A stretch of DNA of 64,000 bases from Chloroflexota bacterium. Its GTDB lineage: Bacteria; Chloroflexota; Limnocylindria; P2-11E. The translations under genes were made by a program, and so were the position numbers. The notes beneath the pieces are model-generated. The model saw only the letters and a program-made list of their open reading frames with translations, did not search any database and was not told where the DNA came from. The stretch covers positions 5,546 through 69,545 of the forward strand of contig JBBPIP010000013.1 of assembly GCA_038040265.1 (NCBI GenBank). Reading direction: 5' to 3'. This document shows, in pieces, positions 52,851 to 62,301 of the stretch (positions are counted from its first letter, which is position 1; the number at the start of each line of letters is the position of its first letter).

Positions 52851-54109
52851 CCTTCGACCCGATCGACGAGGAGCGCCGCCGCGCCGAGCGTGAGCGCGAC
52901 CGGGCCGAGCGTGAACGCGAGCGCGAGCAGCGCCGCGGGGAGCGCCAGGCTCGTCACGAAGCGAGACACGAGTTCCGCTTCGGCTCTCGCGGTCTCGACA
53001 TCAACGTCGACGTCGATGCCGATGAGATCGCGCGCTCCGTCAGCGCCGCGTTCGTCGGCATGGACGATGACGACGACGAGTCTCACGACCAGACCGTAGA
53101 GAAGACCTTCACGGTCGATGGAATGCCGCGCCTGCGTGTTCAGAACGTCTCGGGCGAAACCGCCATCCGCGTCGGCGAGCCCGGCCAGGTCCGCGTCGTC
53201 GCGCGCAAGCGCGTGAAGGGCGGGAGCGCCGATCGCGCCAAGCGTCTCCTCGAGAACGTCGAGGTCCGCATCGAGCAGAAGGGCAACGACATCTTTGTCG
53301 AGCCGCACCTGTACGAGCAGGAGCGCAGCTGGCTCGATCTGTTCCGTGGCAAGCGGTTCCGCGTCGATTTCGAGATCACCGTCCCCCGTGAGACGGCGGT
53401 CGACGCGCAGACCGTCAGCGGCGATCTCGATCTGCACGGCACCCGCGGGCCGGCGCGCGTCGAGAGCGTGTCCGGCGACGTGAACATCGAGGACGTCCAG
53501 GGGCCGATGCGCATCAAGAGCGTGAGCGGGGATGTGCACTGCGCCGACTACTTCGGCGCAGTGGAGGGCAGCTCGGTGAGCGGGGATGTCGAGATTCGCG
53601 GCCGCGTGCGCGCCTGCGAGCTGCACACGGTGAGCGGCGACATCTCGATCGACCTCGAGCCCGAGATCGGTGGCCGCGAGAGCCATCTGAAGACGATCAG
53701 CGGCGATGTAGAGGTCGGAATGCTGATGCCATCGTGCGTGTGCGAGTACCACACCGCGAGCGGCGACCTTGAGTGCGAGGCACCCGCGCGGATCATGCGC
53801 GAGGGTCGGAAGGACCGGACCGTCATCCTCGGCGACGGACAGAGTCGCCTCTTTGTGCGCACGGTGAGCGGCGATCTCGCGATCAGGCCCGCGTCGTCGT
53901 CGGTCCGCGAGGAGCCGGCCGCCGCGGAGGATTCGACCGACCCGAACGTCGAGACCGAGTCCGAGAGCGATCGCGATCCCGAGCGGACCGCCCCGATGGC
54001 GCCGCCGACGACCACGCAAGTCCGCGATCTCCTCGAGCGCCTCGCGCGAGGCGAGGTGAGCGTGGACGACGTGGCCGCGAAGCTCGACGAGACCCGAAAG
54101 GACCACTAG
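52847..54109 (+). CDS. DUF4097 (beta-strand repeat, adhesin-like) protein with SHOCT-like C-terminus
   Basis: About ten (T/S)VSGD-type repeats; N-terminal Arg/Glu coil; C-terminal 'LLERLARGEVSVDD'. Confidence 0.88.
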   Translation: MTFDPIDEERRRAERERDRAEREREREQRRGERQARHEARHEFRFGSRGLDINVDVDADEIARSVSAAFVGMDDDDDESHDQTVEKTFTVDGMPRLRVQNVSGETAIRVGEPGQVRVVARKRVKGGSADRAKRLLENVEVRIEQKGNDIFVEPHLYEQERSWLDLFRGKRFRVDFEITVPRETAVDAQTVSGDLDLHGTRGPARVESVSGDVNIEDVQGPMRIKSVSGDVHCADYFGAVEGSSVSGDVEIRGRVRACELHTVSGDISIDLEPEIGGRESHLKTISGDVEVGMLMPSCVCEYHTASGDLECEAPARIMREGRKDRTVILGDGQSRLFVRTVSGDLAIRPASSSVREEPAAAEDSTDPNVETESESDRDPERTAPMAPPTTTQVRDLLERLARGEVSVDDVAAKLDETRKDH

Positions 54110-54531
54110 TGCCGAGCGAAGAGGGCAAGCAGGTCCTCCAGCTCCTTGCGGAGGGCAAGATCGACGTCGAGCAGGCCTACCGTCTGCTCCGTGCCCTCGG
54201 TGATGTCGAAGACGGCGCCCCGCGTCCGCCGCGCGCTCCGTTTGCGCCCTTGCCGCCGACGCCACCGATTCCACCCGTGCCGCCGAGCCTGGGGCGGGGC
54301 CGGATCCTGAGGATCCGGGTGACGGAGGACGGCGAGCAAAAGGTGAACGTCGCCATCCCCCTGGCGATCGCGAGGGTGGGGAAGATGAAGCTCGCTTCGA
54401 GCGGGCTGGTGCGCGGTCATCTTGGAAAGTTCGGCATCGACCTCGACGAGCTGCTCCGCACCGTCGACTTTCCGGGCAAGATCGTCGACATTGCCGACGG
54501 TGAGGACCGGGTAGAGATCTTCGTGGAATGA
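54109..54531 (+). CDS. SHOCT-like domain protein (YvlB/LiaX N-terminal-like)
   Basis: 'KQVLQLLAEGKIDVEQAYRLL.AL', 'LRIRVTE...KVNVAIPL', 'VDI...DRVEIFVE'; GTG 54109. Confidence 0.85.
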   Translation: MPSEEGKQVLQLLAEGKIDVEQAYRLLRALGDVEDGAPRPPRAPFAPLPPTPPIPPVPPSLGRGRILRIRVTEDGEQKVNVAIPLAIARVGKMKLASSGLVRGHLGKFGIDLDELLRTVDFPGKIVDIADGEDRVEIFVE

Positions 54532-54603
54532 CCGGCCGCGGGATGCTCGCCCAGCATTGAACTCGGTGAACTGCTCGTCGCTCGTTCCTCTAATCTCTTG
54601 CGG

Positions 54604-54975
54604 ATGAAGCTGATCTGGCGAGCGCTCATCAACGCGGCCGCGATCGCGGTCGCCGCCTTCTTCGTTCCAGGAATCACATACGGAACCACGGCCTATGGCT
54701 TTGGCGAGGCCGACAAGTACATCTCCCTTCTCGCCACAGGCCTCGTCCTCGGCATCGTCAACGCCTTCATCCGACCGATCATCGAGCTCGTCTCCGCGCC
54801 GATCACCTGTCTCACCCTTGGACTGTTCCACTTCGTCATCGGCGCGCTGATGCTGTACGTCGTCTCGCTGGTGCCCGTCCTCGGATTCCACTTGGATGGA
54901 CCGGTCGCCGCGTTCCTCGGCGCGATCGTGATCTCGGTCGTCGGCGTCGTTCTGTCGTGGATCCTGCCCGACTGA
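54604..54975 (+). CDS. Phage-holin family 4-2 (YvlD-like) membrane protein
   Basis: 'LVLGIVNAFIRPII...PITCLTLGLF..VI.ALML' signature; TAATCT-N7-ATG. Confidence 0.88.
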   Translation: MKLIWRALINAAAIAVAAFFVPGITYGTTAYGFGEADKYISLLATGLVLGIVNAFIRPIIELVSAPITCLTLGLFHFVIGALMLYVVSLVPVLGFHLDGPVAAFLGAIVISVVGVVLSWILPD

Positions 54976-55850
54976 CCTCCACGGGTCAGCCGGACTTCGT
55001 CGTCGTCACAGGGCTCTCCGGCTCGGGCAAGTCTCAGGCGGCGAAGGTTCTCGAGGACCTCGGCTACTACACCCTCGACAACCTCCCGCCCGCGCTCATG
55101 GCTTCGGCGATCGAGGTGTCCCGCAAAGGCGGGAAGCAGAAGGTCGCGTTCGTGATCGACGCGCGGAGCGGTTCGCTCTTCGCGGACGCGAAGAAGGATC
55201 TCGAGGCGCTCGACAAAGCGGGCACACCCGCGCACGTGCTTTTCTTCGACGCCTCGGACGACGTCCTCCTCCGGCGCTACAGCGAGACCCGGCACCGCCA
55301 TCCGGTCGACGCGCCCGGCGGCGTGCAGCCATCGATCGACGAAGAGCGTCGGATGCTGGTCGATGTACGAGCCCGGGCCGACAAGGTCATCGACACGACG
55401 CACCTCTCGGTGAAGGACCTTCGCGACACGCTCCACTCTCTGTACGGATCCGGGAAGACCGGGATGCTCGTCTACGTCGAGAGCTTCGGGTACAAGTACG
55501 GGCTGCCGCCCGCCGCGGACCTCGTGTTCGACGTGCGATTCATGGAGAACCCCTTCTACATCCCTGAGCTACGCGACCTCACCGGGCGCGACCAAGCGGT
55601 GTGCGAGTACGTCCTGAAACATCCAGCGACGAAGGAGTTCCTCGGACACATCGTGCCCTTTCTGCGCTTCGCCCTCCCGCGCTACGAGAGCGAAAAGAAG
55701 GCGCGGCTCGGCGTCGCGTTTGGCTGCACCGGTGGCCGCCATCGCTCCGTCGTGATCGCCGACGAGATCGCGCGTGCGGCGCGCGAGTTCTGGCCGGGTG
55801 GTATCGAGGTGGAGCACCGCGACATCGATCGGCCGGAGGTCCGCACCTGA
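54957..55850 (+). CDS. rapZ: RNase adapter / P-loop protein RapZ (YvcJ)
   Basis: [55 protein letters not shown]. Start GTG 54957 or CTG 54972. Confidence 0.95.
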   Translation: MDPARLTSTGQPDFVVVTGLSGSGKSQAAKVLEDLGYYTLDNLPPALMASAIEVSRKGGKQKVAFVIDARSGSLFADAKKDLEALDKAGTPAHVLFFDASDDVLLRRYSETRHRHPVDAPGGVQPSIDEERRMLVDVRARADKVIDTTHLSVKDLRDTLHSLYGSGKTGMLVYVESFGYKYGLPPAADLVFDVRFMENPFYIPELRDLTGRDQAVCEYVLKHPATKEFLGHIVPFLRFALPRYESEKKARLGVAFGCTGGRHRSVVIADEIARAAREFWPGGIEVEHRDIDRPEVRT

Positions 55851-56593
55851 TGCGCGAGCGGATCGTGATCGGCAACTGGAAGATGAACCCTCCGACCATC
55901 GCCGACGCGGTCGAGCTCGCGCGCAATGTCGCCAAACGGATGCCCGGCGGCGTCTCTGTGGGCGTGGCGCCCGCCGCGGTCGCGCTGCCCGCGGTCGCGG
56001 ATGCGCTGCGCGACGCGAACGTCGACGTGTACGCGCAGGACGTGCACTGGGAGGAGCGCGGTGCGTTCACCGGCCAGATCTCGGTGTCGATGGTGAGCGG
56101 CCTCGCGGTGGGAACGATCGTCGGGCACTCGGAGGTCCGGCGCGACCTCGGCGACACCGACGAACGCGTCGCGAAGAAGCTCGCCCGCGCCGTCGCGGGC
56201 GGCCTGCGTCCGATCCTCTGCGTCGGCGAGAGTGCGGCGGAGCATGCCGCCGGCGAAGCGACCGCTGTCGTCGCGCGACAGATCTCGGCCGACGTCTCGC
56301 AGGCCGAGCGCAAAGGGCTCGGACGGCTCGTCGTCGCGTACGAGCCGGTGTGGGCGATCGGCACCGGGAACCCAGCGACCGCGGAGCACGCCACCGCGGC
56401 GGCGCGTGCCATCCGCGCGGCGCTCAAGCGCGCGGGCCTGGACCCCGACGCCATCCCCATCCTTTACGGAGGGAGCGTCAGCGCGCGCTCCGTCGGCGAA
56501 TTCGCAGGCGCCGATGGGATCGACGGCGCGCTCGTGGGTGGAGCCTCCCTCGACCCGGACGAGTTCGCGGCCGTGGTCCGCGCGTTCGTTTGA
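55850..56593 (+). CDS. tpiA: Triosephosphate isomerase
   Basis: GNWKMN, GAFTG, GHSEVR, AYEPVWAIGTG, LYGGSV, LVGGASL; ATG 55850. Confidence 0.98.
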   Translation: MRERIVIGNWKMNPPTIADAVELARNVAKRMPGGVSVGVAPAAVALPAVADALRDANVDVYAQDVHWEERGAFTGQISVSMVSGLAVGTIVGHSEVRRDLGDTDERVAKKLARAVAGGLRPILCVGESAAEHAAGEATAVVARQISADVSQAERKGLGRLVVAYEPVWAIGTGNPATAEHATAAARAIRAALKRAGLDPDAIPILYGGSVSARSVGEFAGADGIDGALVGGASLDPDEFAAVVRAFV

Positions 56594-58116
56594 ACGACAC
56601 ACGCAGGGCGCCATATCGACCGGTCGTCCTCTGCGTGCTCGACGGATGGGGTCTCGCTCCGGACTCGCCGTCGAATTCCGTGAGCCGTGCGAAGACGCCG
56701 CGGCTTCGCGCGCTCGCCGAGAAGTACCCGCATGCGACGCTGCGCGCGAGCGGGCGCGACGTCGGACTCCCGGATGGCGTAATGGGGAACAGCGAGGTCG
56801 GACACCTCACGATGGGTGCCGGCTACATCCAATACCAGGAGCTCGTGCGGATCAACGACGCCATCGCGAATGGGTCGTTCTTCGAGAATGATGCGCTGCG
56901 CGCGGCCGCGGCGGCGGCGCGCGGCAAGCGAACGCTCCATCTGATGGGCCTTATCTCCACCGGCGGCGTGCACGCGGACATGAAGCACCTCGCGGCGCTC
57001 GTCGAGCTCGCGCGGCGGGAGAAGGTCGAGAACGTGGTCGTGCATGCGTTCTTGGACGGCCGCGACATGCCGCCGCGCAGCGCGCTCGAGCTCATACCGC
57101 AAATTGCGGCTCGCATCGCGACGGTGCACGGCCGCTACTACGCGATGGATCGCGACAAGCGGTGGGACCGCGTCGAGCGCTCGTATCGTGCGATCGTCGA
57201 CGCGGATGCTCCGCGGGTCGCGACGGCGGAGGACGCGCTCCGCACGTGCTACTCGAATCCCGACTGCCGCGACGAGCTCCTCGAGCCGCATGTCGTCGGG
57301 GATGGCGCGCCGATGCGTGACGGCGACGCGGTGATCTTCTTCAACTTCCGCCCCGACCGCGCGCGCGAGCTGACCTGGGCGCTCCTCAAGCCAGACTTCG
57401 ATGGATTCAAGCGGACGCGGGTGGTGCGCGACCTGACTTTCGTGACCCTGACCGACTACAAAGTCGACCTGCCCAACGTGCGCGTCGCCTTTCGGTCACA
57501 GGACCTGACGCCGATGGCGCAGATCCTGGCCGAGGCGGGTCTGAAGCAGTTTCACACCGCCGAGACGGAGAAGTACGCGCACGTTACCTATTTCTTCAAC
57601 GGCGGCCGCGAGCAGCCGTTCGCGGGCGAGGACCGTGAGCTCGTGCCGTCGGCGAAGGTCGCCACCTACGACCAGAAGCCCGAGATGAGTGCGGCCGAGG
57701 TCGCCACCGTGCTCGTAAACGCGATCGGGCGTGGCATCTACGACTTCGCGATCGTGAACCTCGCCAACCCCGACATGGTCGGTCACACCGGAGACTTCGA
57801 TGCCGCGCTCAAGGCGATGGAGGCGACCGACGCCGCCGTGGAACAGATCGTCGACGCGACGCTCGCCGCGGGAGGCTGCGTGCTGCTCACCGCCGATCAC
57901 GGCAATGCCGAGGAGATGGCCTTTCCGAGTGGCGAGCCCAACACCCAGCACAGTACGAATCCGGTGCCCGTCGTCTTCATCGCGAAGGACGCGGCGCGCA
58001 CGAAGATGCGCGACGGAGGCCTCGTCGATGTGGCCCCCACGCTTCTCGGTCTCCTCGGCCTCCCGGTCCCCGACCGCATGACCGGGAGGACCCTTCTGGA
58101 CCGGCCCGAGAGCTGA
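56590..58116 (+). CDS. gpmI: 2,3-bisphosphoglycerate-independent phosphoglycerate mutase
   Basis: VLDGWG, MGNSEVGH, DGRD, GRYYAMDRD.RW, NFRPDRARE, AETEKYAHVT, NPDMVGHTG, ADHGN; TTG 56590. Confidence 0.98.
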   Translation: MNDTRRAPYRPVVLCVLDGWGLAPDSPSNSVSRAKTPRLRALAEKYPHATLRASGRDVGLPDGVMGNSEVGHLTMGAGYIQYQELVRINDAIANGSFFENDALRAAAAAARGKRTLHLMGLISTGGVHADMKHLAALVELARREKVENVVVHAFLDGRDMPPRSALELIPQIAARIATVHGRYYAMDRDKRWDRVERSYRAIVDADAPRVATAEDALRTCYSNPDCRDELLEPHVVGDGAPMRDGDAVIFFNFRPDRARELTWALLKPDFDGFKRTRVVRDLTFVTLTDYKVDLPNVRVAFRSQDLTPMAQILAEAGLKQFHTAETEKYAHVTYFFNGGREQPFAGEDRELVPSAKVATYDQKPEMSAAEVATVLVNAIGRGIYDFAIVNLANPDMVGHTGDFDAALKAMEATDAAVEQIVDATLAAGGCVLLTADHGNAEEMAFPSGEPNTQHSTNPVPVVFIAKDAARTKMRDGGLVDVAPTLLGLLGLPVPDRMTGRTLLDRPES

Positions 58117-59495
58117 TGCGCTCGCGCGCGACGCTCGCGTGGTCCGCATATCTGATCCCCGCGGCCGGGCTCGCGCTCTATGCGCTCGTGCAATGGCTGG
58201 TCGCGTTCGTGAACCGGACCCCGGTGCTCTATGGCGAAGGGGCGGTGGCCAACGCCGCGCGCCTGGCGCGCGACGGCGTCGCATACCTCGATCCGGATCC
58301 CGAGCGTTTCGTCGCGGCGAACTATCCGCCCCTGTACTTCCATCTGGCATCGATCGGCGACCCGTTCGTATCGGGGCGCATCGCGAGCATCGCGGCGACG
58401 CTTGCCGTCGCGGCGATGGTGTTCGTCACAGCGCGGTCCGCGGGTCGTCTCGCTGCAGCTGCGCTCGCGGTCGGGTGGCTCGCGCTTGCGCCGGTGATGA
58501 TCTGGGGGGCGGCGCTGAAGCCGGACCTGGTCGCGCTCGGATTGACGGCGCTGGCTGTGGTCCTGCTCGATCGTCGCCGCGAGCTCGCGCCGATCGCGGG
58601 GTTCGCGCTCGTGTTCGCGGCGCTCGCGAAGCCGACCGCGCTTCTGCCGGCGGTGGCGCTCTTCGCTTGGCTGGCTTGGTCAGATCGCGCGACGCTCGCT
58701 CGCTGCGTCTTCGGCGCAGCCGTAGCCGTGGTGGCCGCGGCCGTGACGGTATACCTCGATTCGGTACCCGATGTTTGGCGCCACGTGGTGGCCTGGAATG
58801 CCTTGACGTGGTCGCTCGACCAGGCCGTGTCGATCGCGGTCATCGGGGTCATCGTGATCGGCGTGCCGCTCGCCATCGCTCCGCTCACTCGCGCGTTCAG
58901 CGGAGCGCGCGCCGCATACCTCGCCGGCGCTCTTGCCATCGTCGTCCTCGGCGGACGCGAGGGCGCGACCCTCAATTACCTTCTCGATCTCACGGCCGCG
59001 ACCGCGTTGGCACTTGCCTCAATCGCGCCGCGGCTCCGGGCTGGCGCACTGTTCCCGACGCTGGCGCTCGCACAGCTTCTGCTCGCGACGGCGATCATCG
59101 ATCCACTTCGAGTCGTGCCCGGGCGGGTGCCGTTGACCGGCGCGTGGGGCGACCCATCGCGCGCGACGATTATCGCGACCGAGATCGCGAGCGGCGACGC
59201 GCTCCTCGTTGAGGATTCGGGGCTGCTCGTCGCCCGAGGGGCCACGCCCGCCATCGATGATCTGTTTCTGTGGTCGCGCCTCGTCGAGCGCGGCACGATC
59301 GACGCGGCCCCCATCCTTCGTCTGGTCGCGAACGCTCGCTTTCGTGCCGTCGTGAGCGAAGCCGATCTCGAGCATCTCGACGCGGCTCCGGGCTTCGAGA
59401 GACAGCGCTGGACCGCCGTCCTCACGCGCGCGGTCCTCGAGCGTTACCGACTGGACCGGCATGAGGGCGCGCTCTGGATCTACGTACCGCGCTGA
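58116..59495 (+). CDS. Multi-pass membrane protein, probable GT-C (ArnT/PMT-like) glycosyltransferase
   Basis: 'YGEG' and 'NYPPLYF' in the first loop, 'KPD', 'AKPT' and many TM segments; soluble C-terminal domain. Confidence 0.6.
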   Translation: MRSRATLAWSAYLIPAAGLALYALVQWLVAFVNRTPVLYGEGAVANAARLARDGVAYLDPDPERFVAANYPPLYFHLASIGDPFVSGRIASIAATLAVAAMVFVTARSAGRLAAAALAVGWLALAPVMIWGAALKPDLVALGLTALAVVLLDRRRELAPIAGFALVFAALAKPTALLPAVALFAWLAWSDRATLARCVFGAAVAVVAAAVTVYLDSVPDVWRHVVAWNALTWSLDQAVSIAVIGVIVIGVPLAIAPLTRAFSGARAAYLAGALAIVVLGGREGATLNYLLDLTAATALALASIAPRLRAGALFPTLALAQLLLATAIIDPLRVVPGRVPLTGAWGDPSRATIIATEIASGDALLVEDSGLLVARGATPAIDDLFLWSRLVERGTIDAAPILRLVANARFRAVVSEADLEHLDAAPGFERQRWTAVLTRAVLERYRLDRHEGALWIYVPR

Positions 59496-59517
59496 CCATT
59501 TACACTGAGGTCAATCC

Positions 59518-59742
59518 ATGGATCCACTTCAGATCACCCAAATCGTCATTGCCATCGCGGTCGCGAGCGCGATCCTGCTGCAGGCGCGCGGGACCGGACT
59601 TTCGTCCACGTTCGGTGGCGAATCGACCGCCTACCGTAGCCGGCGCGGGCTCGAGCGGACGCTGTTCCGCATCACGGTCATCCTGATCATCTTCTTCGTC
59701 GCCATCTCGCTCTACGGCGCGCGGCAGGCGACTACCGGCTAG
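59518..59742 (+). CDS. secG: Preprotein translocase subunit SecG
   Basis: 'ILLQARGTGLSSTFGG...YRSRRGLERTLF'; two TM. Confidence 0.95.
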   Translation: MDPLQITQIVIAIAVASAILLQARGTGLSSTFGGESTAYRSRRGLERTLFRITVILIIFFVAISLYGARQATTG

Positions 59743-61380
59743 GTGACCGGGCGCGACAAGTTCATCGTTGTCGCCCTCATCGGGCTCATGGTCGCGGCAA
59801 GCGTCGCGGCGATCGCAGCAGACCAGAACCCCTCGGGTGGTGACCCTGCCTACGGGGGCACCTATGTAGAGGGCGTCGCCGGCGTCCCCCAGTACCTCAA
59901 CCCCGTCATCGCCGCGACCGACGTTGATGAGGATGTCACGCGCCTGGCGTTCAGCGGGCTGACCCGAACCGACCAGACCGGAGCGATCGTCCCCGATCTC
60001 GCGTCGTCGTTCCGTACCGAGAGCAACGGGCGCATCTGGACGTTCGACATTCGCGAGGACGCGAACTGGCACGACGGCAATCCCGTCACGGCGGACGACG
60101 TCGTGTTCACCGTCAAGCTTCTTCAAGATCGGGGCTACGTCGGGCCCTACAGCGACGCCTTCCGCGGCGTCAGCGTCGAACGTGTCGCGCTTCGGACGGT
60201 GCGGTTCACGCTGCCCGATGTCTACGGTCCGTTCGCCGCCAGCACCACCGTTCCGCTGCTTCCATCGCACCTCCTGGGGAACGTGCCGTACGCCGAGCTC
60301 TCGCGACAACCGTTCAACGTCAGTCCCGTCGGCACCGGGCCGTTCCGGGTCGCCGATGTCGACGGGCGGCAGATCGTGCTCTTACGGAACGACGACTTCT
60401 ATCGCACCCGCCCGGCGCGCGACAGGCCCTATCTCGACAAAGTCATCCTTCGCTTCTATCCCGATCCTTCGGAGGCGCTGCTCGCGTTGTCTCGCGGCGA
60501 GATCGACGGCGTCGGAGGCCTCTCGAGCCAGGATGCCGAGCGCGCTCGCTCCCTCAAGAGCGCCGCGTTGTACAGCCTTCCGACCGACAACTTCGTGTCC
60601 CTTTTCCTGAACGTTCGTCCCGAGAAAATCGTCTTCCGCGACCGTGCGGTCCGGCAGGCGATCGCGACCGCGATCGACCGCGGGCGCGTATTGCAGCTGG
60701 CGGCGGACGGACGTGGGACCGTGGCGGATGAATTCGTGCCCTCCAGCTCGTGGGCCTACGTGAAGGATGTCACGCGCTACTCGTATTCCGTCGAAGACGC
60801 GACGGCCCTCCTCGACTCCGCCGACTGGAAGGACCACGACGGTGATGGCATTCGTGACAAGGGCGGGCAGAAGCTGGCGTTCACGATTTCGACGTCGGAT
60901 GAGCCGGCGCGGACCGCGGCCGCGACCGAGATCCAGCGCGGTCTGAACGCCGTGGGAATGAGCGTGACGGTGAAGTCGATGCCCTTCGGTCAGCTCGTCG
61001 ACAGCGTGGCACGACAGCGCGCGTTTGATGCACTGCTCGTCGAGATCGCCGTGTCGGGAGACCCTGATCCGTACACGTTCTTCCATTCGACGGAGGTGAA
61101 CGACCCCGGCCACAACTTCTCAGGATTCTCGACGCTGCCTATCGACCGCAATCTCGAGGCGGCGCGGCGGACGTTCGCCGAGCGCGAACGCCGCGATCTG
61201 TACGCGCCGGTATTCCAGGCGATCTCCCGTGAGGTCCCAGTCGTGTTCCTGTACTTCAGCGACTACCTCTACGCGCAGAGCCGCCAGGCCCAGGGACTGC
61301 GCATCGCGCCGCTAACTGACCCGCGCGAGCGTTTTTGGAACGTCGAAGACTGGTATGTGAGAACACAGCCCAAGCGCTGA
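59743..61380 (+). CDS. Peptide/nickel ABC substrate-binding protein (family 5), no partner permeases in window
   Basis: LNPV, 'FSGLTR...VPDLA', WHDGNPVTADDVVFT, 'PVGTGPF', 'VRQAIATAIDR', DPDP; N-terminal TM without a lipobox Cys. Confidence 0.92.
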   Translation: MTGRDKFIVVALIGLMVAASVAAIAADQNPSGGDPAYGGTYVEGVAGVPQYLNPVIAATDVDEDVTRLAFSGLTRTDQTGAIVPDLASSFRTESNGRIWTFDIREDANWHDGNPVTADDVVFTVKLLQDRGYVGPYSDAFRGVSVERVALRTVRFTLPDVYGPFAASTTVPLLPSHLLGNVPYAELSRQPFNVSPVGTGPFRVADVDGRQIVLLRNDDFYRTRPARDRPYLDKVILRFYPDPSEALLALSRGEIDGVGGLSSQDAERARSLKSAALYSLPTDNFVSLFLNVRPEKIVFRDRAVRQAIATAIDRGRVLQLAADGRGTVADEFVPSSSWAYVKDVTRYSYSVEDATALLDSADWKDHDGDGIRDKGGQKLAFTISTSDEPARTAAATEIQRGLNAVGMSVTVKSMPFGQLVDSVARQRAFDALLVEIAVSGDPDPYTFFHSTEVNDPGHNFSGFSTLPIDRNLEAARRTFAERERRDLYAPVFQAISREVPVVFLYFSDYLYAQSRQAQGLRIAPLTDPRERFWNVEDWYVRTQPKR

Positions 61381-61385
61381 TGCGT

Positions 61386-61440
61386 CTGTCGTCAAAATTG
61401 ACGACAGCTTTCGACGTCTTGTCGTCACTTTTGACGACAG
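61386..61440. repeat. Two tandem 22-bp palindromes TGTCGTCA-N4-TGACGACA (33-bp period)
   Basis: CTGTCGTCAAAATTGACGACAG (61386-61407) and TTGTCGTCACTTTTGACGACAG (61419-61440). Confidence 0.9.
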
Positions 61441-61494
61441 GTTTCGCACCCCTGTCACCTTCCCACGGCGTCGTGTTCATGCGTAGATACACAG

Positions 61495-62301
61495 ATGGGC
61501 AAAGGGTGGGCGAAGGGACTTACCGCGGCAACGGATCCTCGCATTGCAAGAGCCGCCGCGGCGCATCGCGGGCTGATCTACCAGCGCCTGACACCCTTCG
61601 AGGAATGCCGCTGGCCGATCGCAGGGCGTACGACGCTCCCCCTGGCCTGGTCCGACGAAATGGCCTACATCGTCGGGTTGACGGCCACGGACGGTTGCCT
61701 CTTCACGGGTAGGCGGAAAATCAATTTCAAGTCGGCCGACCGGCAGCTCGTCGAGACGTACCTCTCGGTTTTGGGCAGAACGAATCGCGTGAAACAGGCG
61801 CGCACCAGAAAAGATGGCGTCGTGTACTTCACCGAGTTCAGCGACGCGAGTTTGTACGAGTGGTTCCGGTCAACTGGGCTCACGCCGCGCAAGAGCCTTA
61901 CCTTGGGAGCCATCGACGTGCCGGACTCGTACGTGCCATCGCTAGCTCGCGGGCTGATGGACGGCGACGGGAGCATTCAGAATTTCGTGCACGCGCCGAC
62001 GCGCGAAAGGTATCCCGACTATCGCTACGAGCGCCTCTGGGTCTCTTTCAATTCAGCGAGCAAGACGCACATCGAGTGGCTTCGCGCTCGGCTTCGCAGT
62101 ATCGCCAAAGGGGACGGCTATCTACATGTCGCACATCGCGATGGACGTCATGACTTCTACACCCTCAGGTATGGAAAAGCGTGCGCGATCGAACTTCTAA
62201 ATCAGTTCTACGCCGACGCCAGTTCCCCTCGCCTGCTTCGGAAGTGGCGCCTTTGGGATGACTATGTTGCCCGCAGTCTCAGTGCGGAAGGGGGGATTTG
62301 A
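61495..62301 (+). CDS. Free-standing double-motif LAGLIDADG homing endonuclease with NUMOD3-like N-terminus
   Basis: Motifs AYIVGLTATDGCL and LARGLMDGDGSI; GLTPRKSLT; N-terminal WAKGLTAATDPRI; more A/T-ending codons than flanking genes; last 19 nt overlap tRNA-Leu antisense. Confidence 0.88.
   Translation: MGKGWAKGLTAATDPRIARAAAAHRGLIYQRLTPFEECRWPIAGRTTLPLAWSDEMAYIVGLTATDGCLFTGRRKINFKSADRQLVETYLSVLGRTNRVKQARTRKDGVVYFTEFSDASLYEWFRSTGLTPRKSLTLGAIDVPDSYVPSLARGLMDGDGSIQNFVHAPTRERYPDYRYERLWVSFNSASKTHIEWLRARLRSIAKGDGYLHVAHRDGRHDFYTLRYGKACAIELLNQFYADASSPRLLRKWRLWDDYVARSLSAEGGI

Noticed and set aside
54567-54596. GAACT-N16-TCTAA sigmaE-like promoter before the holin
   Set aside because: It overlaps a simpler TAATCT-N7-ATG leaderless -10 and does not match the GTC -10 of the local ECF candidate; too weak to call.
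54604-54975. Holin as evidence of a prophage
   Set aside because: The YvlD-type family is a conserved chromosomal membrane protein, and there are no phage genes nearby.
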